Assembly (NCBI GenBank): GCA_026914245.1
Contig: CP110439.1
Location: 1,116,001 to 1,180,000 of the forward strand
DNA from: Puccinia triticina
Lineage: Eukaryota
Direction of reading: 5' to 3'
Length of the DNA: 64,000 nt
Part shown: piece by piece, positions 23,382 through 36,305 of the stretch
Layout: each line of letters opens with the position of its first letter
How positions within the stretch are numbered: position 1 is the stretch's first letter
Notes under the pieces: model-generated
The model's input: only the letters and a program-made list of their open reading frames with translations
What the model was told of the DNA's origin: nothing
Databases searched by the model: none
Made by a program: the position numbers and the translations under genes

Positions 23382-24392
23382 TGTGGTATGCTTTATGGTT
23401 GCCCATCTAAGCCCATTTCAAAATTTCCTTTTTTCTCATATGTACACTCACAAATCAACCAATACGGCGGCACCACTGGATTCTACGGCCAAAACTACAC
23501 AGGACACCATGGACAACACATCTTACACCCCTCTGGACCACCAGTTACAACCCTTTCAAGACATCATCAGCCAGTTTCACACACACAAACACCATACTCA
23601 GGTCATGTAATCCGTTACATGAACCACACTTACCCAGGACATGTAATCCGTTACATGGACCACCCTGACAGCTTGTCTAAACCTTTACATATACTTTACC
23701 TCATCAGCTGCACTCATTTCATTGTGCTATGCACATGTCATGCAGTGTCATGCAGTGTTATGCACACTTGATGCAGGCTTATACAGTCTTATGCAGGTGC
23801 ATGCAGACTAGTGTAATAGGGGCTGCAGTCTGACAGTTGACAGATGACATCATTTGACAGGCCAGGCCAGCTAAAACATCTCACCTCCTATTTTTCACTA
23901 GCTAAATTCGCTCATATGACATCATGACCTCATGTGACCTGTCAACCACCAGCCAAAATACCTCATTGTAGTCTTCAGGGCAGCTAAAACCACTCATTCT
24001 CTTGTTCCCCTGGAGCTAAAATGTCTCACTCTTTTCTATTTAAGGAGGCTCTCCTCCCCCCAGTTGTAATTTCTCTCAGCAAACTACTTGGACTCAGCTT
24101 ACCCCATAACAGTACAACACTTGCTCACTCTATATTGTGGTTTTAAAACCCTCACATACAAATTACAACCTCATTACAACATTTACTCATCAGCTACATC
24201 ACCATAACCCTTAAGCCACCTGCTCAAAGTAGGTTATCTTTTGATACACCTCCACTATCACTACATAAACCTTCCAATCGTAGATTGGGGGGCTTGTTTT
24301 AGTTTCTAGTGACCCATGAAAGGCAGAGGTAACCTCATTCATCCCTTTCCACACTCAGCAAAAGGTTCTCAGGAACACTTTTGAACTGTACA
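23382..24392 (+). mobile_element. Solo LTR-like insertion (TGTGGT... family) in the LINE
   Basis: TGTGGTA...TGTACA ends. Flanks ACGT/ACAT suggest a 4-bp TSD with CpG decay. CpG-poor. Related to about 28740-29569. Confidence 0.65.
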
Positions 24393-26083
24393 ACATTTGG
24401 ACCGTGTTGTTAGCTTTGACTGTGATCAATTTCCTATAAAAGAAAGAGAAGCTAGTCCTTATAGCCTCCTGTTGGAAACCTGGAGCCGCGGATCTCAATT
24501 GGATGATAGCGTTCGACGTTGAGCAAAAAACCTACAACATGAATATGGCTGCCACTCCAGTCTGTCCAATTTGGTAGCTAGGGCAGCTTACCTTCCCTCT
24601 GTTTGGACCCGTGGCCCACAGCGCTGCTCCATAGGTCAACCTGGGTAAAAGAAGAGTTTTTATCAGCCTCACACGGTCCACCTCCCTGGAACCCTATCTA
24701 GTATTTCCAAAAATCCTTAGCTGATTCATTGTTCTGTGAGCTTTCTCCTCCAAAGCCTTAAAATTCCTGTTGAAGAGCATCTTCCTGTCCAGCCACACTC
24801 CAAGCCACTTGACTTCGCACATCAATGGTAGTCTTTGAGCACAAAAAACAAACTCCCCCTTGGGTGGTTTACCTTTGGTCAACCACAAGAACTGCGCCTT
24901 GGCCTGGTCAAAGATTGCTCCGTGGGTTTCACCCCATTGGAGAGATCAAAGAACCTCCTTGGCAAGCCCCTCCATAGTTGCTGCCGCTGTCTGCGCCAAT
25001 ACCAAATGCACAACATTGTCTACATAGCCGATTGACACTGTGTCCAGGGAAGTGGAAAAACATTGATTCAGCAAAAAAAAAGTATAATATGTAGAGTATC
25101 ACTGACAAAGGGGAACCCTGTGGTAAGCCAATCTGGATAGGGAACACCTCCAACATGAAGTCATCAAGTCTTATGGTGGTTGACCTGTCTTTCAAAAAGT
25201 CTGCAATGATCATTACCAGGTATGTAGGGCATTTCATTTGGAAAAGATAATGGATGAGCCTCTTTGGGTGCACCAAGGGATAGGCGGACTTCATGTCCAG
25301 AAAAAAGCCCAGCCACCACTTTACCCTCTTGCCACTTGGATTTAACCCAGTGCTTGAGTGCAAACAGAGATTCCTCTGTCCCTGAGCCTTTCCTACCGCC
25401 AAAATGCCCTTCCGCCAGGACTGCCAACTCCTCTGCCCATGCAGTGATCCACCTGGCCCCAATCAGCTCAAATAGCTTCTCCATGGTGCTGAGCAGAGCA
25501 ATTGGTCGATACGCCAAGGGATTGGTGTAATCAGGCTTGCCATGCTTCCTGATGATAGCTGTTACAGCAACCTTCCAGATTGTTGGAAATTTGCTCTTCA
25601 TTAGTATATTGTTATACAGGCTTGTTAGGTTTCCCGCAATGTGGTCAGAGAGAGACTTAAGAAGTTCATTAGCAATGCCATCTATGCCCAGCGCCTTCTT
25701 TGGTCTGATTCTCTGGATCGCCAAATGGATTTCCGCAACCGTCACTGGAGGTTAGCTGACAAAACAAACTGAGAGCTTAAAATGAGTGTCTTCCAAGTCA
25801 ATAGGTACATTAGTGACCGAAGTCCCTCTGAAGAGAAGCTCAGCTTGTTTGTCCTTATCGTGGACAATAGAACCATCCGGGCCGCGGAGCCGTAGCACCT
25901 CTCCTCCTGCTGACTTGTTAGTGGAGCGCAGGACTTGGTACAAGTTGCCTTCCGAGGGATCCTGTGGCAACCTACTCAAACTTTGCTGTTTGAGGGTTAC
26001 AACCAAAGAGAGAAAATAATCATTCCATTGCCAACAACATTCAAAAGCTTCAGGAGACTTAGCTAGTAGCATCCACCGCCTGG

Positions 26084-26232
26084 TGGCACACTCCTATAAC
26101 GGAGTGTGCTTTGGCACACTCCTATAACGGAGTGTGCTTTGGCACACTCCTATAACAGAGTGTGCTTTGGCACACTCCTATAACAGAGTGTGCTTTGGCA
26201 CACTCCTATAACAATTACGGAGTGTGCTTTGG
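26084..26232. repeat. 28-bp palindromic tandem repeat, about 5 copies (GCACACTC-CTATAAC-RGAGTGTGC-TTTG)
   Basis: Head-to-tail copies without spacers. Probably a DNA-transposon subterminal array. Confidence 0.85.
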
Positions 26233-26519
26233 GATACAGGGTATCCTGGATTTCTTACTGGATATCCCACTCAGGATATCTAGTAGTGGTTGAAGTGGTG
26301 TTGCAAGTGATATGAGCAATGCGGATAGAGTGATACTATTTATATATTAGTCTAGCTTAACTAATCAAACGGAGGGTCCGGGGGACCCCTCCTGGAGGGC
26401 TCTCCACAGGGCTTAGAGAATCTCCATTGCAGGCACTAAACTGGGTCGCTATCTCATGTTTAGCGCCCCAACCCCAGAAATGACGCTCCACCGGGGGAGT
26501 CATTTGGGTCGCTATTTAC

Positions 26520-27390
26520 CTCAGGCGGGAGCAAACTTAACACAAGTTCCTCCCTGTGCTTGCGGGGCTCAAGCATCCTCCCGCTTGCGGGAGGGACTTG
26601 TGCCTAATGTCCGATGTTTGGCCTGAGGCTGCCCAGCCAAACATCTAAAAATTCCTTCTAACCCCCATATCACCGTATACACATCGGATTTCTTCACAGC
26701 CTCTGGCACCAGTAGAATCAGTTTTTCTTTCTACATATTCTCATGATGTGTTTAACACAATACCTATCCCCATCCCTTGAAAAAAAAAATTGTTGTAAAA
26801 GTGTGGCTTGCAAGGCCTTGCAAGGCTGAAACCGTGAGAAAGTTTCTGAACTTGACCTGCAAATGGCCCAGCGGGTCTGTCACATTGCTCAGAAAATGCC
26901 CTTACAAGAATGGCTGCTGAGCGGCCAGTTCTTGATGCATTTACTTGAAAAAAACATGTACAAGACAGCTGAGGACAAGCCTAAGGGCTAGACATGGTCA
27001 ACTGGGATTTGGATTATGAGGTGATACCAAGTTGTAGGAGAGTTGTAAACACAAAATCACACATTTTCATTGAAAAAACCCGTCAGCCTAATGTAGAGAC
27101 TGTAAAATGAAGATGTGTCTGGTGAGAGTCGAACTCACGACCTCAGCTATGCTGAGACACATACTAGAGTGCTGCCTTTACCAACTAAGCTACAGACGCT
27201 TGTGGCTGCCAGCTGGGTGGTTGGTTGGTAGTGGTCATGGGTCGATCCGACAGCCCTCCATACTGTGGTGATACATCATGGTAGCAGACTAACAGACAAC
27301 TCAACACCTCAGGCCAAATATGGGACATTAGTCCTAAGCCTCTCCTTTGGAGACGCTTTGCGCCTCCTTGGAGAGGCTTAGTTAAGCTTG
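26520..27390. mobile_element. Non-autonomous repeat bounded by GC-rich compound hairpins
   Basis: Homologous in inverted orientation to 62085-62850. End motifs recur at 16741-16832 and 30043-30112. Confidence 0.65.
27114..27199 (-). tRNA. Type II (Leu/Ser-like) tRNA-like sequence, probably a pseudogene
   Basis: Acceptor GCGTCTG/CAGACAC, A box TAGCTTAGTTGG, long variable hairpin CTCAGC-ATA-GCTGAG, perfect T arm GTGAG-TTCGACT-CTCAC. Anticodon arm is irregular. Confidence 0.6.
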
Positions 27391-27596
27391 GGGCGGGAGT
27401 TGGGGAGGGAGTGGGTCCCTACACCTGGAGCCTCACTCCCTCTGGTGACACCTCCCCCTTCAATGAAATTCTGGTGTACCTGATGTTATTCCTACACAAC
27501 ATCCATCACCCCACCCCCAAACCTCCCCACACGTTTTGAGAGCACAACCCATCGGAACTCCGTTGGACTTTTCTAGGACAATAATCCCCTCAAACA

Positions 27597-28276
27597 ATGC
27601 TTCCCCTTGATCCTCTTGACTTTGAAGGCTTACCAGACCCCAATGAAGAAGACGAGGAGAATGTTTTGTTTTCCTTTACTATCTTCCTACCAGATTTCCT
27701 TGTACAATTACTAACATGCAGTTTCACCTTTTTAATTACAGGCACTCCCAATGATCCTAACTCCACCAACAAGACCCCCGAAAGAAGAACTACAACAACA
27801 AAGAGGAAGATCTCCTCTGCACCAGTTGGCTTGAAATTTTGCAAGATCCCCGTATCGGCACCAATCAAACCGCCGATGGTTTTTGAAATTGCGTAGGTGA
27901 AACGTACAATCAAAATAAACCTGAAGTATTGCAAACAACAAAAGGCCTCAAGTTGCGCTTGGGTACCCTTCAAGGCCAAATCAACAAGTTCAGTGGATGC
28001 GTTAAGCAGGTGACACAAGCCAATCAAAGTGGTACAACGAGCAAAGACTGGTTGACTTACCCACTTCGCTTGTATGCCAACCTCTACAAGAAGCCGTTTC
28101 CTGATCTTGGCTGCTACAAAATACTCGTCAAAGCACCCAAGTGGAATGAATACTGTGTCTCCCTTGAACAGAAGACTGAATCCAACAGCCAAAAGCAACC
28201 ACAAGCCCCCAGTGCAACGACCGAGCGTACCGGATTAACCAAATCAGTCCAAGCCCTTTTGTCTGAACCATGTTGA
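27597..28276 (+). pseudogene. PIF/Harbinger-associated Myb/SANT-like ORF remnant
   Basis: LCTSWLEILQDPRIGTNQTADGF, INKFSGC...NQSG and CYKILVKAPKW, across frameshifts. Confidence 0.65.
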
Positions 28277-28739
28277 GGGTAACTGGGTAACACAAGACTG
28301 AGAGAGGTTGACAAGGTGTCAAGGACATGGTCCGAGCACAGTGATCAGTCAACTTGTAATAATCATTCAGTGAGGAAGGAAAGAAGAACAACTAGACTAT
28401 ATGCATGTATAATATAGGCTAAGTTGTGGGTTTATAGGTTAGAAGCATGCTACATAGGGAAATGCTAATACACTATCTCAACAAACCACCCCAAAGTGAA
28501 GTTGATTCAAATCAAGATGAATCATCGACTAGTGATCTCCTCCGTCCTGTTGCCAGTGTCGGTGTATGACTCGAAAGTGGTAATGAAACCCTTTTGCTGA
28601 ATTTTGAAGGGTATGATGGATTTGCAAGCTCTGCCCTTCTGTTGTCAGTCAACAAGACCCACCAAGCTCAGCTTGGCAAGTTTTATTAAGTGATAGGTCT
28701 GGTCTGTTCCAGATGAAATCTTTTTGACTGGCAACGTGT

Positions 28740-29569
28740 AAGTGTTTTAATTACTTTGTTATAAGGGTTGAATTGTTGTTATAAGGGTTGAATTGTTGTT
28801 ATAAGGGTTGATTTATTGTTATAAGGGTTTTAGGATTTGAGTGCGGATGAGTGTTGGGTGACTTGTGAGTTCTGGGTGAGGAACTGGTGAGCAGGCCACT
28901 GGGGGTGGAGAGAGCTCCTTTTATAGACAAAAGTGGAGCCCCAAAGGGGCTTGTGGGTTAGGGTTTCAGCTAATCTAGACAACAGGGTGAGGGATTTTAG
29001 CTGGTGAGAGTAGATACAAATGATGTCATAACCCCTCAGGGGCGCATGAGTGGTGTCAGAATATACAAAAGAACATTCTAAACATGCCAGGGGTGCATAC
29101 ATGATGTCAGAATATACAACAGAGCATCCTAACGCATGCATGAGGTGACAGTAGACTGCATGAGCTGTCATGCAGGGGGAATTAGTGTATACACAACGTC
29201 TGAGGCTGCAGAAACAGTGTAAATGATGTCATACTATGTATATAAAGGAGTGTATGTAGTTAATATGTAATGAGTGTAGCCTGGCAGGGAGATGTATGTT
29301 TGTATCCTGTGATGTGTATAAGTGTACTACTGTGAAACTTGGGTTGGGGCAGGTGACAGCTGGGTTACTGGGGCTGGCCGTGTGATAGGTGTCCATGAGA
29401 TGTGACTTCCACGCTAGAGGGGGTCCCGGGGTGCTTCCAGTGGTGACTTGGGTGAAATTGGCCGTAGAATCCATTTCTGGGGTCCATTCAATGGTATCTT
29501 GAGGCCTAGTATGAGTAATTATGTGGCATAGAAAAACATTTTTATTTTTTCACTTTTCCGTCTACCACA
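28740..29569 (-). mobile_element. LTR-like fragment related to 23382-24392, including a 21-bp tandem repeat at about 28757-28830
   Basis: Minus-strand start TGTGGTAG and shared GGATTCTACGGCCAA motif. Flanked by CCGT. Left boundary uncertain. Confidence 0.5.
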
Positions 29570-30959
29570 CCGTTACCGTTGACCGTAACGGAAGTGTGTT
29601 ACAATATTGCACACCCAGGATGTTTGATCTTTGACATCCTTTAAAATATCTGCCTGCACGGTGGGGCAGATATCGGACTATATATGATCCAAAGGGGGCC
29701 ATTTGCCCCTCTTTATCCCGCTAACCGTTGGTTAACACGTTACGCTACTAGTAACGCGAGTAACACACCAAAAAAATCGGGCCTGGGGTTAAAACTGGTT
29801 GTTACTAGTGCGCTAACGCCTGAGCGCAGTAACGGCAAGCGTTACGCTACACAGATAACGGCGGTTATTGTAGCGTATCATAACTACCCACAAATTTTTG
29901 GGTGATAGGTGATATCTCTGTATACCTCCCCAGATAGCTCCTCCCGCTGGAAGTTGCACCACTTAGGGGAGGCAACGCTGGTTGCTGGGGCGCCATCCAG
30001 GAGTTTTACCGCCCGCAGTGGAGATGCTCTTACACCTCAAAATTAGCACAAGTCCCTCGCCTGCCGGGGGGCGCGGCGCGAAGCGCGACCTCCCGTCAGG
30101 GAGGGACTTGCATGTAATCCCTGACTTTGAGGAAGAGGTTCAGGTTCCAGGAAATTCCTTGTCTTCCACCAGCTCTGATGGTGCGGAAGACACGGATGCT
30201 GTGTCAAGCAACGGAGATTTGAGCTCAGAGGTTGTGTCAAACGGAGACGGTGCGGATTTGGCACCTCCACCTTTGCGGCAGAGTTGGCAATTGCGGACCG
30301 CTGGGGACAGCGGGAGGAGCCGTGGCGGGCAAAGGCCACAAGTGATTATTGGTGAGGGGGTGCGCTATCTGGTCTACAGCCAGGTTACATAGCCACCCCA
30401 GAATGTTTGTTACCCTATAGAGTTTGGTTTCTGTTTTGTTATATGTTTCACTGGCTTGTTGTCTATCTGTATTTCTAGGTGCGGGGTACGGGGATTGTTG
30501 TGCGGAAAATCCTTCTGGGGCGGACCAGGTAACTTGCGGGTTTTTGTGGTTTCTCTATGGATTTCTCTCTTGGATTGGGGTTTGTCTCTGGATTTCTCTC
30601 TTGCGGATTGGTTTCTCTCTGGATTTCTCCCTCAGATTGCGGATTGGTTTCTTTTCTGGATTGTGTCACAGTAAAAGGGCGGTGGAATAAAAAAAAAAAA
30701 AAAAGGAAGTGCGGGGACTAAAGTGGTTCTCTTTCTGGGGCGGTTCAGGCACTTATAAAACGCTTTGTGGACTACGGTGGATGGCGGACCCTTTTCCTTT
30801 TGTTCACTATTTGTTTTGGTTTCCCAGTCTCTCTCTCAAGGTGGCGGTTACTCGCGCGCTGAGCTCAGAATGTGTATGGATAACAAGTGTTCCCCGCAGG
30901 GTACGACTATATACAAGAGGAGGAGAGGAAAAGATAAAAGGGGAGCGGAAAGGGGAAGC

Positions 30960-32296
30960 TAGGGAAGGGCGGAGTGAGAGGCGAGACGGGTGCGCTCCGC
31001 AGGGGGGATGGTGTGGAGCTGTGGTGTGGGCGCCTGTACCGGGTGTGGCTTGTTTCGCAGCTCTTCATCTAGATTGCGTTGAGCCTGGTGAGTGCATTTT
31101 TGTCGGCGGGAACAGTGACGGCTAGCTCAAGCCGTTCGGCGAGTTGGTGGATTCCGACAAGGAAAGTCGTGTACCTACAACGGTGTTGTGCGGGCGTTAC
31201 TGTGGCAAGTTGAAGTAGATCATGATACATGTTGCGGAAGGCGCCTACATATTCAAGCATGGCAATGGCGGGAAATACGGCTTCCTCCCAGAGGGGATCT
31301 TCAAGGAAGGTGTTGTGCAGGTTGCGGGAAATTTCCGCGACCCAGCAATCCATTGCTGCACCATGTTTGGTTGGAGGCGGTAGGTGGGTTGGCACGGACA
31401 TGGCTCAAGGGCACGGAGGCTGAGTGTTGGGAGTCAACGATATGGCCCGGGTGGTAGCGCGTGGAGGAGCAAGGAGTCGAGGCGCCTGTTGACCGGTATC
31501 AGCAGGCAAAGAAGGGGGGTTCGTGGACTTCAACGTATGGATTGAGGAGGCCCTTGCGGGATCTCGGCATGCGGTGTGGTTTGGGGCGAGCTGGGTGGCA
31601 AACCGGAAGAGGTATGGGACGGGTTGTTTGGTGCCATCTTGGTGTCCTTAGTCGGGGTGGCTAAATCAGGAAAAAGGCCCAAAGTTCGCAAGGACACAGT
31701 CAGCGGAGCGGAAAAGCTATGGACCTGAAGCCTGGGGAAACGCGGGCTTGGGGGATAGTATGATTGGTGTTGGGTCTTGCGGCCGAGCGGAAAGGCAATC
31801 TGCAAAGCCCAGAGTCTGGGGAGAAACAGGGCACGGACACTTTGGGGATCGTTCCATAGGGTCCGCCAAGGGTTGCTTTGCGCGGGTGGTAGACGGTCCA
31901 GAAGCAGAAGACAATGAGGGCTCCTGGGGACGTTCAAGACGTTTGTCCAAGAGGGGCTGGTTGACACCGTGTTTGGTGGCCCATTCTTTGGCCTTGCGGA
32001 CGTAGTCCTTGGCGTTTGCGCACTCGTTTTGGATGGGCGGAGGAGTCATGAGGTCTTCACTGTGTGCGAAGAGCAACTTGGTGCGGGAGCTGACCGAGAT
32101 GACGGAGGGGAACGTTCCGCACAAGAGCTTTGAGATCCAGAAGGTGGCGGGCGATTCTGATTTTGCAAAAGCCATTGGATTTAGGAGTGAAAGCAGAGCA
32201 GCGACATTTTGAATCTCGTAAATTGTTGCAGGCCCGACCGGCGCGGGAGTAGATACAAGGGAGGCCAAGTCTTGTGCAGCGATCCCAAGCTACCAT
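30960..32296 (-). pseudogene. Second, more decayed copy of the antisense Zn2Cys6 cargo gene
   Basis: MVAWDRCTRLGLPCIYSRAGRACNNLRDSKCRC, EDLMTPPP...WATKHGVN, DPLWEEAVFPA and FLVGIHQLAERLELA. Confidence 0.72.
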
Positions 32297-32369
32297 GGCA
32301 ACGGAAAAGGATGGGTGGGAAAAGATGTGTTGATGGGTGCAAGAGAGGTGTTGAGTGTGGGAGTGGATG

Positions 32370-33228
32370 TGTCAGACACTGAGATACTAAGTCCATGTGT
32401 CTACAATGTTTAGTACATGTCTTATAACCTAATGGTTAAAGACTTCTTTAATAATTGACTCTTGTACATGAAGTCAAGAGTTCAATTCCCTGTCATTACA
32501 TTAATTATGTACCTTTTCTTCCTATGTACTATTATTATGTACTTATTACATATTTAATCACATTCTTTTGAATATGTAATTAAACCTTATTTCACACTGA
32601 TTACATATTTGTACATACAGAGAGAGATAATCTTATCTCTCTGTGTATTTATCCTGATTAAGCTCAAAGTATGTACAAATGGGGAGATTACATACCCATT
32701 TATGTAAATCCCCTTCTGAATTCCGTGATCACTCCTCCTTGGAGTTAAGGATCCCTCAGGACCTTGACTCAAAGGAGGGAGCTGATCCCTGCAATATAAA
32801 AAGGGAGGTCTCTCACCTGTAGAGATTCTCCCACCTAGATTATTGCCATACAAACCCGTGTACCTTACTGAAAATACAGTGAGTGGGGTTTTATATAATC
32901 TACACTAACCTTTTTTATTCCCTTACAGCTTCCCTTTTCCTCGTGTATCTTCCCCCTAGGTACAGGTGTAGTTATCACACCTGTAACCTAGAAGATAAGT
33001 GATCTCATCCTTATAACGCAACGGCGCTTGGCTTGATTTTCGCCGCGTCCCCTTACATACGTAAGGGTGCCAGTCCCTCCGCCTCTCGGCGTCGAGTTGG
33101 ACTTTCTTCCACTTGTTACTCTCAGTAACTGTAGTGTGACCCCTTCTCCGCTTGCCGCTACCTCTCCGCCGCAGCTCGTGAGATAAAAACCCATCAGAGT
33201 TACGTCACATAAGAGACGAACTCTGACA
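32370..33228 (+). mobile_element. Solo LTR (family T), second copy
   Basis: TGTCAG...CTGACA ends. TSD GGATG at 32365-32369 and 33229-33233. TATA-like AATATAAAAGGG and a short GT...CTAAC...AG intron at about 32879-32928. Confidence 0.9.
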
Positions 33229-34714
33229 GGATGTGTGTGGGAAGATCCTGGGGGCAGGACTTCAAAACTGGGGTGGATGTGGTGATTTATATAGGCATGT
33301 GTGGTAGAATGTCCACTCGGAGATAGTGTGGGCGGGAATGCACACACCGGCTCAGGCAGAGTGCATTCAGGTGACATAAGCACTGAGGATGATGTCAGAA
33401 AAGCACACCAAGAAAGCTTACGGAAAGTCGCACGTGGATGGAATGCACGGATTGCGGAGCAGAAAGACAGGGCTGGACTGCGGCAGACTACACACGTGGA
33501 CTGGTAGCAGCGGCACGTCAGCTGAAGCGGGTGGAGGCGGTGGCAAGAGACTGACTGGCGGGGGCTAGACAGAGGACGGTGAGAGGGCAAGCGTTGGAGA
33601 GGAGCGGAGTCTGGAACAACAACGTGCAGAAAGCGGGCGGAGCTGAAGGACTAGTGCGGGAAAGTGTTGGATCTGCAGGACCGGGTGGGAACGGTGATGT
33701 GCGTGGAGGGAAGGACGGGGAAAGGCTCACGGGTTTCTCTTCTCTTTTCCCTCATCCTATTATCCTATCATCTTACGGATTACTCATTATTGTACTTACA
33801 CTTACGGTTGTACTAGAGTATTGGGAGAGTTATATGTGACCTTATCATTACTTACAGTGTTACTTGCGGAGTGCGGAGCTTTATTCACTTGCAGATTATT
33901 ACACTATAGATCAGGCTCAGAGAGGAGCACTGAAGGCTAGCGGATAGTAGCAGTGCGGAGCCAAGTTACCAATAATCACACAGCCCAGACATATATATTC
34001 TTGAAGAGGGCGGTTAGCGGACATTTCTACTGACATACCAGCCTTTATTCTCACACCGGTGGCCAAGAAGAAACTCAAGATCCACCACTGGCTGTTACTA
34101 ATATCATGGACAATCCAAACACAAATAGTGGTGTGACAATCCAATCTGATCTTCCCAACAACCCCCTTGAAGATGATGCCACCAAGAAGGAGTCAAGCAA
34201 GAAAAGGATGGCTCCAACTCCAGGGGGAAGCCAAACCAAACCAAAAAGAAAAAGGTTACCTTGGAAGAGCTTTACATGGAGTTGATGGTCAGTAAACAGC
34301 AAGCAGAGGTCACAAAGATTTGCGCGGCAGCCAGTGAAGTTAAGGTGGTGTATATGAAGGGTCAGCCTAAATGCACTCCAAAAAAATCCCAAAAGCACTC
34401 CAAAAGTGATTGTATGGAGTGTGCACTCCAATGATTGTTGGAGTACAGACTAGAGTACTCCAAGTCAATTGGAGTGCAGAACCGGGGACTCAAGACTCTT
34501 TGGAGTGCAGCACAAAGAACTCCAGTGGCCAGGAAATGTAATGAGTGCCCATGAGTCTCACTCCATCAGATTGGAGTGCATTCCCCCAGCACTCCATTCC
34601 TGATATTTCTCCTCCTCAAAAGGGGAGTGCAGTACTGTGCACTCCAGCCAGAGCTGGAGTGCCTACAACTTTAACCAGGCTATGTACAAACACACCCCAC
34701 TTGATCCTCCTGAT

Positions 34715-35855
34715 ATCCATGACCGGTACAGACCGGCATTGAGCGGATTAACATCTCCCCTCAATGACCGGTCTGTACCGGACCACCGGTCATTGAGGGA
34801 AATCACACCTCTTGATGACCGGTCTGTGCCGGTCATCGAGGGGAGTAACATCTCCTCTTGATGACCGGTCTGTGCCGGTCACCGAGGGGACTCACACCTC
34901 TCGATGACCGGCGCGGACCGGTCACACCTCCCGATGACCGGCACAGACTGGTCATTGAGGGGACTCACACCTCGATGATCGGTCACACCGGTCATCAAGG
35001 CTAATAACACCTCCCCTCGATGGGTCATCACCGGTCATCGAGAGGGCTCACACCTCTCGATGATCGGTCAGTCCGGTCATCGAGGGTAATAACACCTCTC
35101 GATGACCGGTCATCGAGGGGAATAACACCTCCTCTGGATGACCGGTGTGTACCAGTCATCGAGGGGAGGTGCTACTCTCGATGACCGGTCGGTCTGACCG
35201 GTCATCGAGAGGAGGTGCTACTCCCCCCGGTGACCGGCACAGACCGGTCATCGAGGGGACTCACACCTCTCAATGACCGGTGATGACCGGTCATCGAGAG
35301 GACTCACACCTCCCGATGACCGGCACAGAGGGGTCATTGAGAGGACTCACACCTCTCGATGACCGGTCAGACCGGTCATCAAGGGTAATAACACTCGATG
35401 ACCGGTGATGACCGGTCATTGAGGTGAGACACATCTCTCGATGACCGGTCTGTGCCGGTCATCGAGGGGAGTAACATCTTCTCTTGATGACCGGTCAGAC
35501 CGACCGGTCATCGAGAGTAGCACCTCGCCTCGATGACTCATACACACCGGTCATCAAGAGGTGTTATTACCCTCGATGACCGGTCTGACCGGTCATCGAG
35601 AAATGTGACTCACCTCGATGACCGGTGATGACCGGTCATCGAGAGGTGTGAGTCCCCTCGATGACCGGTCTGACCGATCATCGAGAGGTGTGAGTCCTCT
35701 CGATGACCGGACTGTGCCGGTCATTGGGAGGTGTGACTGATGACCGGTCCGCGCCGGTCATCGAGAGGTGGGAGTCCCCTCGATGACCGGTAAAGACCGG
35801 TCATCAAGAGGTGGGAGTCCCCTCGATGACCGGTAAAGACCGGTCATCGAGAGTA
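34715..35855. repeat. Palindromic satellite (GATGACCGGT...ACCGGTCATC units), continued at 58210-58367
   Basis: Dozens of degenerate units. The unit gagagtagcacctc is split by the inner element. The right part ends GCTGTG, resembling a CACTA-type end. Confidence 0.85.
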
Positions 35856-36305
35856 CACGGCGGGGGTGCTTCCTGGCCCGCGCGTTTGTGGAGACGACGG
35901 GATCACCGGCTCTGTGAAATCCACGTGGATTTCACTGCTCCTCCCGTCGTCTCCACCCTTCCGTGGAAAATGCGTGGAGACGACAAGCTTTCCCGTCGTC
36001 TCCACCCGCCTGGGATTTCCACGTCAAGAATGACGAGGATTCCACGGCCGCCTGCGGGATCGCGGTGGAGCCCACGAGCACAGGGGCAGCCGTGGATTTC
36101 CTGTTGTTCTGAACAACGAGGAAACCACAGCAACGGGGGCATCGCCGGTGGAAACGACAAGAGCCAACGAAGGGATCTCCCCGTCGCCTGTTGGTGCATT
36201 CACACCCATCGTGGGCGTGGAAATGGCTGCCCATGGAGGCTCACAGACCTGTCGGGCATTAAAGTCCCCAGGTCTCCCTCCATCTCAGCATCTGCCATCC
36301 GAAAA

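Larger units (their letters stand above)
18180..26083 (-). mobile_element. Degenerate, 5'-truncated Tad1-like LINE (RT, RNase H, C-terminal Cys/His region), split by two insertions
   Basis: RT motifs KALGIDGI, YRPIALLST, FLDMKSAY, GLPQGSPLS and VKWLGVWLD. RNase H FSDG and WCPGHRDIAGNELADHLAK. C-terminal LALGH...CPNCGARETVLH. Pieces at 18180-18550, 22610-23381 and 24393-26083. Confidence 0.88.
30110..34055 (+). mobile_element. 5'-truncated second copy of Gypsy family A (pol tail, antisense Zn2Cys6 gene, PPT, 3' LTR 33278-34055)
   Basis: Reverse-complement homology to 2985-6200. PPT ggggtgga. The LTR ends TTCTCACA followed by CCGG. Confidence 0.9.

Noticed and set aside
26084..26232. 28-bp palindromic repeats resembling a CRISPR array
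   Set aside because: No unique spacers, no cas genes and a eukaryotic context.
34715..35855. Palindromic GATGACCGGTCATC array as a CRISPR-like locus
   Set aside because: Inter-repeat segments are themselves repetitive, and the array continues at 58210-58367 as transposon-type repeats.
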